Below are positions 28,124 through 35,561 of a stretch of DNA of 64,000 nt, piece after piece (position 1 is the first letter of the stretch; the number at the start of each line of letters is the position of its first letter). The DNA comes from Herminiimonas sp. (GTDB lineage: Bacteria > Pseudomonadota > Gammaproteobacteria > Burkholderiales > Burkholderiaceae_D). The position numbers and the translations under genes were made by a program. Location of the stretch: assembly GCA_014376645.1 (NCBI GenBank), contig JACMRD010000110.1, positions 14,470 through 78,469 on the forward strand. Direction: 5' to 3'. The notes beneath the pieces are model-generated. The model was not told the origin of the DNA. It saw only the letters and a program-made list of their open reading frames with translations, and did no database searches.

Positions 28124-29140
28124 TCAGATCAGGTCGAGATCGATCAGCTCGCGCTTGAGATAGGCGTAGAACACCGGTGCGGCCACCAGGCCCGGCAGGC
28201 CGAACAGGGTTTCCATCACCAGGATCGCAACCAGCAATTCCCACGCGCTGGCCTGAATCTTGGCGCCGACGATGCGCGCGTTGAGGAAGTATTCCAGCTT
28301 GTGGATCACCACCATGAACAGCAGCGATGCGGCGGCAGTGTGCACGGAGTGCGACAGCGCGACCACGACCAGGATCGTGTTGGAGATCAGGTTGCCCGCC
28401 ACCGGAATCAGCCCGGCCATGAAGGTGATGACGATCATGCTCTTGGTCAGTGGCAGGTTGATGCCGGCCATCGGCAGGATCACCAGCAGGTAGAGCGCCA
28501 TGAGGGCCGCATTGATGGCCGCGATTTGCACTTGGGCAAAGACAATCTGCTGAAAGGCCGCGTGCAGTTGCAGCAACCGCTCGCGCAAGGCTGCTGCCAG
28601 AGGGCGCCGCACATGCTCGATGGAGGTTGAATCGTACAGCGCCACCATGGCGCCGATGATCATGCCGAGTAACAGGTGCAAGGCGATCCGACCGGCGCGT
28701 TCGCCCACCACCTTGGCCTCGATGGCATGGAGTCGCAGCCATTCACTGATCATCAACCGCATCTGGTCGACATCGGTCGGCAGGTGGTTGCGCATCCAGT
28801 CGGGAATCTGGTCGCGCGACGTTTCGAGGATATCGGCGAGGCGACGCAGCAGTCGATGCACGCTTCCGGCGTCACTCTGAAAAAATGCCACGGCGCCCCA
28901 GATCACAGCCGACAAGGCCGCAACGATCACGATCCCAAGGGCGGCGATGGCGACGATGCGGGCGCGGCGATTACTGAGCTTGCGTCCAAGCCGTGGCGCA
29001 ATCAGGTGCACCAGTGAATACACCAGCAGACCCGCGAGCAAGGCCACCAGGAGTCCCTTGATCAGGATGAGTAGCAACGCCAGCGCGCTCAAGACATAGG
29101 AGGCGATCTTGATCTTGTCTACGGGACGCGATGATTTCAT
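28124..29140 (-). CDS. AI-2E family (PerM/UPF0118) transporter
   Basis: I trimmed the ORF to the ATG at 29140. It has about 8 TM segments, and the C-terminal GLIPVAGNLISN...IHKLEYFLNARIVG...WELLVAILVMETLFGLPGLVAAPV is typical of AI-2E/PerM proteins. Confidence 0.85.
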   Translation of the reverse strand: MKSSRPVDKIKIASYVLSALALLLILIKGLLVALLAGLLVYSLVHLIAPRLGRKLSNRRARIVAIAALGIVIVAALSAVIWGAVAFFQSDAGSVHRLLRRLADILETSRDQIPDWMRNHLPTDVDQMRLMISEWLRLHAIEAKVVGERAGRIALHLLLGMIIGAMVALYDSTSIEHVRRPLAAALRERLLQLHAAFQQIVFAQVQIAAINAALMALYLLVILPMAGINLPLTKSMIVITFMAGLIPVAGNLISNTILVVVALSHSVHTAAASLLFMVVIHKLEYFLNARIVGAKIQASAWELLVAILVMETLFGLPGLVAAPVFYAYLKRELIDLDLI

Positions 29141-29168
29141 CAGATTCCTGTCAGGTTGCGTAGGATGC

Positions 29169-29198
29169 GGGCCGATGTGGGCCGATGTGGGCCGATGC
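29169..29198. repeat. 10-bp tandem repeat GGGCCGATGT x3 (last copy ends in C)
   Basis: Read directly. It lies 29-58 nt upstream of the AI-2E transporter start. Confidence 0.85.
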
Positions 29199-29401
29199 GA
29201 GCCGGGCTGCGCCGCGTTGGGTACGGGAGCAAGGCTTGGCGGGATATGCTCGGATGGTACCGAGAAATGTGGAGCATTGGCAAATACCCCATGCCTGCTC
29301 GCACCACAAGCTTGGTCACGAGATGGGCATGTTGGCGGGTTTTGCAAGGACGCAGTGCGCGACCGATGTCGAGCGCAGTGCGTGCGGGACAACGCTTGAG
29401 G

Positions 29402-29962
29402 TTAGTCTCGGATACTTTCGATCAATGACGAAAGTTCGTCGGCATGCTCTTCCTCGACCGTCAGAATGTCGACGAGCATGCGGCGCGTCGTCGGATCATT
29501 GTTGCCGAGGTAGGCAATCATTTCACGGTAACTTTCGATCGCGATCCGCTCGGCAATCAGGTCTTCCTTGATCATGTCACGCAGCGTGGTACCGGCAACA
29601 TATTCCGCATGGCTGCGTTCAGCCAGACCCTCAGGCGAAAAATTCGGCTCGCCCTTGAGTTGAACGATACGCTTGGCGATCTGGTCGGCGTGGCCCATTT
29701 CTTCGTTGGCATGCTCGAGGAACTCGGCGGCAACCGGCTCCGAGTGAATGCCGGAGGCCATGAAATAGTGGCGCTTGTAGCGCAGCACGCAGACGAGTTC
29801 GGTGGCCAGCGCGGCGTTGAGCATCGTGATGACTGCCTCGCGGTCGGCGGCATAACCGTCGGTGACGGCGCCTTCCTCGATGTGTTGCCGCGCGCGCTGG
29901 CGCAGAACGGAGATGTCGGTGAGGTGCAAAGGCCTGCCGCCGGTCAGGACAGATGGATTCAT
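29402..29962 (-). CDS. ferritin-like / bacterioferritin-family protein
   Basis: 186 aa. LNAALATELVCVLRYKRHYFMA...EFLEHANEEMGHADQIAKRI...ERIAIESYREMI...EEEHADEL are di-iron ExxH-type motifs. Confidence 0.8.
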   Translation of the reverse strand: MNPSVLTGGRPLHLTDISVLRQRARQHIEEGAVTDGYAADREAVITMLNAALATELVCVLRYKRHYFMASGIHSEPVAAEFLEHANEEMGHADQIAKRIVQLKGEPNFSPEGLAERSHAEYVAGTTLRDMIKEDLIAERIAIESYREMIAYLGNNDPTTRRMLVDILTVEEEHADELSSLIESIRD

Positions 29963-29984
29963 ATCTAGGTCCAGTCAAGGCAGG

Positions 29985-30122
29985 TTAGCGCCGGATGACA
30001 CTCAACAGAATCATGATGATCGCGATCACCAGCAATACGTGCACCAGACCACCCATCGTGGTCGACGTCACCAGGCCCAGCAACCATAAAATGATGAGTA
30101 CTACTGCGATTGTATAAAGCAT
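29985..30122 (-). CDS. lmo0937-family small membrane protein (45 aa), not in the ORF track
   Basis: My minus-strand translation reads MLYTIAVVLIILWLLGLVTSTTMGGLVHVLLVIAIIMILLSVIRR. The two-TM pattern LWLLG...GG.(I/V)H.LLVIAII matches that family. It lies 22 nt upstream of the ferritin-like gene. Confidence 0.6.
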   Translation of the reverse strand: MLYTIAVVLIILWLLGLVTSTTMGGLVHVLLVIAIIMILLSVIRR

Positions 30123-30289
30123 GTTAATCCCTCGTGGGTCGTGCCCCGCGTGATCGCGGCTTCTTCAGTGCAGAATAACCAGCCCAAACGTCAACGTCAG
30201 GGAGGCCGTGGTTCGGGAACGCTGACGCATGAACTGCGGGGCAGATAACGGCGCCGCTGAAGCGGCGGCCGCACCCGCCCTGGCTCGAC

Positions 30290-30505
30290 TTACTTGCCGA
30301 CTTGGTTGCCGATGACGCCGCCGACTGCCGCGCCGCCGACTGTGCCGACGGCGCTGCCGCCAGTCAGCACTGCGCCTGCCACGCCACCGATACCGGCGCC
30401 AAGTGCAGTGTCCTTGTCGCGGGTCGACATGCCGCTGCAGGCGCCAAGGGAGGCGATCAGCGCGAGGGCGGCGGTGGTGCCGACGATCTGTTTAATTGTT
30501 TTCAT
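30290..30505 (-). CDS. glycine-zipper lipoprotein (OsmB / 17-kDa-antigen-like)
   Basis: I trimmed the ORF to the ATG at 30505 after AGGAGC. The lipobox is LIASLGAC. A GAGIGGVAGAVLTGGSAVGTVGGAAVGGVIG zipper follows. Confidence 0.75.
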   Translation of the reverse strand: MKTIKQIVGTTAALALIASLGACSGMSTRDKDTALGAGIGGVAGAVLTGGSAVGTVGGAAVGGVIGNQVGK

Positions 30506-30789
30506 GTAATGCTCCTGAAAGGGAAACTCGGGTATAGAAGGACAACTGTCCGCTCTGGCAGTGAACTGTCCACACACCAAGAGTAGCGGCACGACACCCT
30601 GATGGTCTGTCTGTTACCGCACTTAATTACAACGAGGTAATTTATTCTCGTCGGGTGCGCAGAATCGAATCATGCCAATGGCCGGCGAATACGGCTTTGG
30701 TCATCGGGGTGCGGTTGCGCTGCAGGCGTTCGGTCAGATGCTGGGCGTTCTGTAGACCAGGCTCGGTGCGGTGACGGACACGCCATGGC

Positions 30790-31135
30790 GCAGCAGATGA
30801 AAGCTCGAAAAGCTGGTGGTATAGCAAAAAGGGAAATCGGTGATACCGCCGAAGGCAAACCGCAAGGTGAAACGGACGTTTGACCGGCATCACTATCGCA
30901 ATCGGAATGTCATTGAGCGTTTCTTTGCCCGTATTAACCAATTTCGGCGCGTCGCGACTCGCTATGACAAGCTTTCCTCGCGTTTTATGTCCTTCGTACT
31001 GCTTGCCGCTTCAATGCTGTGGCTGAAGTAAATGTCAACACGCCCTAGATGCACGGTGGCCTATGCGGTAAAAAATGTTCATTGACCGTAACCGCGTTTA
31101 TTTTTGCCCACCTTGAGAACGCTCAACCGCCCTAG
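30790..31135 (+). mobile_element. decayed IS5-family (IS427/IS1031-group-like) transposase remnant with two terminal-repeat-like ends
   Basis: Track ORF 30840..31031 reads IPPKANRKVKRTFDRHHYRNRNVIERFFARINQFRRVATRYDKLSSRFMSFVLLAASMLWLK. This is the C-terminal DDE 'E' region of IS5-type transposases. An in-frame TAG at 30822 and the absence of recognisable upstream catalytic domains show truncation. CTAGGGCG(T)GTTGA-type ends (reverse complement) occur at 31033-31048 and 31121-31135. Confidence 0.65.
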
Positions 31136-31256
31136 TCCAGGTCCGCACGCAATGTCGGCCCGAAATTCGGTTGGTCGTTTGGATCTTGCTATTTCGCAAT
31201 TTCAATATTTGTAGTTTGGCTATAGTTCAGCTCCGGTTTCATCTAAAGGAATAACC

Positions 31257-31607
31257 ATGCTCAACAAGTCAAATCATGTGCTGCGCTTTAGCCTGTGCAC
31301 TCCAGCAATGACGGCAAGCGAGCGGACGCCGGACGGCGCAATGGCCACTGCGCCGCCGGACACGCCTGATTCGAAGGGGAGGAAAACGGAGATGAGCATG
31401 GGAATGAGCGCCCTGCCGCGACTCAATCCGCGCGCCACTCCACATCATTGCGGCAACACTGCCACCGTGGGCCAGGATCTGGTCGTCTACCCGTCGACCC
31501 GTTTGCTCAGACCCGCTAGCGCCCGGCTGCTGTGGCAAATGTCGGCGCCGGGCGCGCGCGCCCTGCTGTCCTTGCCGGCCTTTCAGCCAGCCTCAGGATG
31601 GCGTTGA
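31257..31607 (+). CDS. orphan hypothetical ORF next to the IS scar (doubtful)
   Basis: An AAGGA RBS precedes the ATG at 31257. An alternative internal start follows GGAGGAAAACGGAG at about 31396. Third codon positions are GC-rich, but there is no recognisable family, and the 3' end overlaps the convergent DUF938 gene by 25 nt. Confidence 0.2.
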   Translation: MLNKSNHVLRFSLCTPAMTASERTPDGAMATAPPDTPDSKGRKTEMSMGMSALPRLNPRATPHHCGNTATVGQDLVVYPSTRLLRPASARLLWQMSAPGARALLSLPAFQPASGWR

Positions 31608-32200
31608 AAGATCAGCAGACGATTGTTGGCCGGCATCGGCAGATCGTCCCGCAGACGCAGTCCGTTGTCCGCCGCCAGCGTCTGCATGGCTTCAGCGTCC
31701 CGGATTCCGCGCGCTGGGTCGTCCAATCTCAATGTACGGTCAAAATCGGCATTGCCCGCGCTGGTCGCCAGGCCGCCATAATTGAAGGGGCCATAAACCA
31801 GAAACAGACCGTTCGCCGGTAGCAGGCGCCCCACTCCTGCCACCATTGACACCACCAGCTCCCAGGACATGATGTGGCAAGTGTTCGCGGTGTACACCAC
31901 CTGCACATCCGGCGCCGGAATCTGCTCGATCCAACGTGGCGCTGCCATGTCCAGCAGGACTGGCGCCAGCACATTGGATCGCTTCGCTTCCTCGATCCAC
32001 GCAAGGATGCTGTCGTGGTTCTCGGGCAGGTCGCTGGTCTGCCACGTGAGGTGCGGCAGGTTCGCGCCGAAGTGGGCGGCGTGCTGGCCGGTACCGCTAC
32101 CGATTTCCAGTACCAGGGCAGGCGTCGTCAGGAAAGTGCGCAATGCCGACAGGATCGGGTCGCGGTTACGTTCACACGGCGCGGAAAATCGTTTGCTCAT
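31583..32200 (-). CDS. DUF938-family SAM-dependent methyltransferase-like protein
   Basis: I trimmed the ORF to the ATG at 32200. It has MSKRFSAPCERNRDPILSAL...VLEIGSGTGQHAAHF...ANTCHIMSW...GLFLVYGPFNYGG. Confidence 0.75.
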   Translation of the reverse strand: MSKRFSAPCERNRDPILSALRTFLTTPALVLEIGSGTGQHAAHFGANLPHLTWQTSDLPENHDSILAWIEEAKRSNVLAPVLLDMAAPRWIEQIPAPDVQVVYTANTCHIMSWELVVSMVAGVGRLLPANGLFLVYGPFNYGGLATSAGNADFDRTLRLDDPARGIRDAEAMQTLAADNGLRLRDDLPMPANNRLLIFQRHPEAG

Positions 32201-33405
32201 GACTGGCTTACCCGGGTGGAAAGGCTGATGCGTGGCGCGCTCCGCCGATGTCGCTTGAAAAAATTCCACAGCAAGGCGCTGGCGTCGGGACCCCTCGCGG
32301 CATTGTAGCGCAGGGCCGGATCGCCGCCGCTCCAGGCATGACCCAAATGGGCGATTTCGCACAGGCGTACCAGAAGCTGCCGGCCACGCCTGTAATCCAT
32401 GATCCGGAAGGCATCGCTGGCGCCGCGCGCGGCGCGCTCGACGGGTAACGGTTGTGCATCGCCCGGCAACCGGTTCAGGCGCCGGAATTGCTCGGCCAGT
32501 TGACGGCCATTGACCGGCCGTACCAGGTTGTCATGGGCGCCCTGCACGATCAAGGCCGGCATGACGGGAAAGTCCGGACTCTCACGCAAAATCTCGATAA
32601 TCGGATGCGACGGATCGCGCCCACCGTGTTGCATGACGGCCAGCGCACCGAGGCGCGACTCGGCCACACCGAACACCGGGCCCGAATGCGAGGCGAACGC
32701 CGCGATCAGGTCCGGCCGCCGCAGCGCCAGCGTCTGTGCCACGGCTGCCCCGGCCGATAGCCCCGCCACATACACCCGGCTGCGGTCGAAGCCATGCCGG
32801 GCGACGGTCTTTTCGATCATGCCTGCGATGATGGCGACTTCGTTTCCACCGTGTTGCAATGCACGCTGATACCACGGCCAGCAGCGCTGGGCATGGGCTG
32901 CGAAAGACTGCTGCGGGTAGAGCACGGCGAAACCGCGACGCGCAGCAAGCTGGTTCATGCGCGTGCCGCCGGCAAAGTCAGGCGCCGTCTGCTCGCACCC
33001 GTGCAACATGACGATCAGGGGAAACGCGCGCGCAGGGCCGCCTGCCGGCGCGTCCGGTACGTACAGCCACGACATCATCCGGCGCGGCGCCATGCCCGGA
33101 TCGGCTTCCAGCGAAGAATAGTATGAGCGACCCCAGCTGCCGCCCGCCGACAGGGGCGTGGTTTCGGGGAATGCAGAGGCAGCAGACGTGGCAGACTTGC
33201 GGCGTGGTCGCGGCACACCGCCGACGCGCTTGGTGACCGCAGGAACCGTAACACCGACGGCCCGTTTGACCGTACTGCGGGCCTTTTTCAGCGGTGCGGT
33301 CAGCAGGCTCTTGACCAGTTTTTTCTGTAATTTTTTCTGTTGCGTCTGCTGGGCTTTTGCCAAGCGCTTGGCACTTTTAAGCCAGAACGTGCCGAAGGAT
33401 TTCAT
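32197..33405 (-). CDS. PHB-depolymerase-family esterase with a Lys-rich N-terminal region
   Basis: I trimmed the ORF to the ATG at 33405. It has LIVMLHGCEQTAPDFAGGTRMNQLA...VLYPQQ and the nucleophile elbow AGLSAGAA. Its stop overlaps the DUF938 start (ATGA). Confidence 0.8.
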   Translation of the reverse strand: MKSFGTFWLKSAKRLAKAQQTQQKKLQKKLVKSLLTAPLKKARSTVKRAVGVTVPAVTKRVGGVPRPRRKSATSAASAFPETTPLSAGGSWGRSYYSSLEADPGMAPRRMMSWLYVPDAPAGGPARAFPLIVMLHGCEQTAPDFAGGTRMNQLAARRGFAVLYPQQSFAAHAQRCWPWYQRALQHGGNEVAIIAGMIEKTVARHGFDRSRVYVAGLSAGAAVAQTLALRRPDLIAAFASHSGPVFGVAESRLGALAVMQHGGRDPSHPIIEILRESPDFPVMPALIVQGAHDNLVRPVNGRQLAEQFRRLNRLPGDAQPLPVERAARGASDAFRIMDYRRGRQLLVRLCEIAHLGHAWSGGDPALRYNAARGPDASALLWNFFKRHRRSAPRISLSTRVSQS

Positions 33406-33650
33406 GATGAGGGGGTATGAGGTCGATCGATGGCAGGAGAGAACATGACCCCGCACAGGAACCATAACCCGGTTGCGGTAACGGGACTGTACGCCAGCCC
33501 ACATCGAGTTTCTGCAGGCGCTGTTACTATCTCGGCGAATCGCACCCGGCGAGATGCAACCCGTAGGTTCACCTCGCCGAAACAACCCGCTGCAACTACG
33601 AACGTACCGACGCGACCCGCTTTCATTTCGTTCTTGGGACTACCCGTTTG

Positions 33651-35561
33651 ATGCACACTCCCTCACCCGATGATCCGCTGGCTGTCCCGACCCGCCCTGC
33701 TCGCATGAGCAAACCGGAAGCGGCTGCGACGCGATGGACACGGGGGCTGGCATTGCTGCTGTGGGGTTGCTGTGCGCTGGCGTACGCCCAGGGCGCGACA
33801 GCGCCCACCGCGCCCACGCTGCCGACCATCTCCGAGCCGCCCGCCGCCGGCATTCTGTCGGATGCCGACGAAGGCGATCGCACGGTCAAGCTGTCGGTCG
33901 GGATTGACGGCGCCGGTGACTTCAGCGGTACCCTACAGGAGTTTCTGGACATTACGCGGCACGCAGCCGACAGCAACCTCAGCGAGCGCGAGGCGCTGCG
34001 CCTCATCGGCGTCACGCCGCGTCAAATCAAGGAGCTGCTGGCCACCGCCGGATATTTCAGCCCGACCGTTACCCCCGCAGTTGAGCGACAGCCCAACGGA
34101 TTGAGCGCGCGCTTCGTCGTTGCGCCCGGCATCGCCACCACAATCGACACGGTCGAGATCGTCTTTACCGGAGCCATTGCGACCGGAAACGACAGCAATG
34201 CACAGCGGATCGCCCGCATTCGCCAGCAGTGGAGTCTGGGTTCCGGCAACGTCTTCCGCCAGCAGGCATGGGACGACGCCAAAAGTGCGGTGCTCAAGGG
34301 TCTGCTGACGCGCGATTATCCCGCTGCCCGGATCGCCGCCAGCGAAGCCCACATCGACCCTGAATCGCACCGTGCCAAGTTGACGCTGACCGTCGATTCC
34401 GGCCCTGCCTTCACCTTCGGGCCCTTGCAGATCCAGGGCTTGAAGCGCTATCCGCTCTCGCTGGTCGAGCCGCTCAATCCGATCGTCCCGGGCGAACCGT
34501 ATTCGCAGGAAAAACTGAATGAACTGCAGTCGCAGCTGCAGGACAGCGGTTATTTCCGGTCGGTCTTCGCTACCATCGACGTCGACCCCGCGCATCCGCA
34601 ATCCACTCCGGTCCATCTCGACCTGGCGGAAAACGAACGCAAGCGGCTGAGCCTGGGCGTCGGCTTTTCCACCAACAGCGGTGCACGGGCACAGGTCAAG
34701 TGGCTGGACCGGCAATTCCTTGGCCGTAACTGGCGGCTCGATTCGGAATTGAAGGTCGATCGCCTGACGCGTCTGCTGGGCGGCGATATCTTCTTCCCGG
34801 CGCGCGACAATGGCTGGCGTCCGAGCGTGGGCGCCCACTACGAACGCAGCGACATCGTTGGCGAAACCAGCGACAAGATCAACCTCGGCGCCCATCTTGC
34901 CGGACCGGATCGCCTCAATGAACAGGTCTGGGGCGTATCCTATTTCGGCGACAAGGAGCGCATCGCCGATGCTGCCGTGAATCACCGTCAGGCGCTCGTC
35001 GCATCCTGGGTCATCACCCGCCGCCGCCTCGACAACCTGCTCTCGCCCCAACGCGGCGTTCAGACGACGCTGGAACTCGACGCCGGCCTGCCCGGTGTGA
35101 TCAACCGCAAGGCACTCCTGCGCGCTACACTTCACGCCACCTGGCTGGCGGAGCCTTCACGGCGTTGGCAGACCATCATGCGGGCCCAGATCGGCCAGGT
35201 CACCGGCGAGCCGCGCCAGATGATTCCGGGCGACCTGCTGTTTCGCACCGGCGGTGACCAGACCGTGCGCGGCTACAGCTACAACAGCCTGGGCGTGGCG
35301 CAGGCTGGCGCCATCGTCGGCGGCCGGGTGTTCGCCCTGGCCAGCGCGGAGCTGGTCTACCGGATCACGCCGGAATGGGGCGCGGCGGTGTTCCACGATG
35401 CGGGCGACGCCGCCGACGCCTGGCGTGACTTCCGTCCCGTCCACGGGACCGGGATCGGCGCGCGCTGGCGCAGCCCGATCGGACCGGTCAACGTGGATCT
35501 CGCGTACGGCCACGCAGTGCGCAAGCTGCGGCCGCATTTCTCGGTCGGATATGCCTTCTGA
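33651..35561 (+). CDS. tamA: translocation and assembly module outer-membrane protein TamA (Omp85/D15 family)
   Basis: It has POTRA-like repeats followed by an Omp85 barrel, with FRTGGDQTVRGYSY...GIGARWRSPIGPVNVDLAYG and a terminal F. The true start may be the ATG at 33705 (MSKPEAAATRWTRGLALLLWGCCALAYA). Confidence 0.85.
   Translation: MHTPSPDDPLAVPTRPARMSKPEAAATRWTRGLALLLWGCCALAYAQGATAPTAPTLPTISEPPAAGILSDADEGDRTVKLSVGIDGAGDFSGTLQEFLDITRHAADSNLSEREALRLIGVTPRQIKELLATAGYFSPTVTPAVERQPNGLSARFVVAPGIATTIDTVEIVFTGAIATGNDSNAQRIARIRQQWSLGSGNVFRQQAWDDAKSAVLKGLLTRDYPAARIAASEAHIDPESHRAKLTLTVDSGPAFTFGPLQIQGLKRYPLSLVEPLNPIVPGEPYSQEKLNELQSQLQDSGYFRSVFATIDVDPAHPQSTPVHLDLAENERKRLSLGVGFSTNSGARAQVKWLDRQFLGRNWRLDSELKVDRLTRLLGGDIFFPARDNGWRPSVGAHYERSDIVGETSDKINLGAHLAGPDRLNEQVWGVSYFGDKERIADAAVNHRQALVASWVITRRRLDNLLSPQRGVQTTLELDAGLPGVINRKALLRATLHATWLAEPSRRWQTIMRAQIGQVTGEPRQMIPGDLLFRTGGDQTVRGYSYNSLGVAQAGAIVGGRVFALASAELVYRITPEWGAAVFHDAGDAADAWRDFRPVHGTGIGARWRSPIGPVNVDLAYGHAVRKLRPHFSVGYAF

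Noticed and set aside
28029-28742. A 237-aa minus-strand ORF and a 213-aa plus-strand ORF (27989..28630) around the czcD / AI-2E junction.
   Set aside because: They are alternative frames of the AI-2E transporter gene and of the czcD 3' end. Their Arg/Gly/His-rich shadow sequence lacks TM segments, whereas the chosen frames give coherent membrane proteins.
29169-29198. Short tandem repeats (here and at 60314..60348, 27175..27198) considered as CRISPR-like arrays.
   Set aside because: The units are 6-10 bp with no spacers, and no cas genes are present. These are simple microsatellites.
35254-35550. A 99-codon N-terminal extension of the tamB ORF.
   Set aside because: It overlaps the conserved C-terminal barrel strands of tamA in another frame. 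The ATG at 35551 gives the expected short cytoplasmic segment plus a TM anchor.
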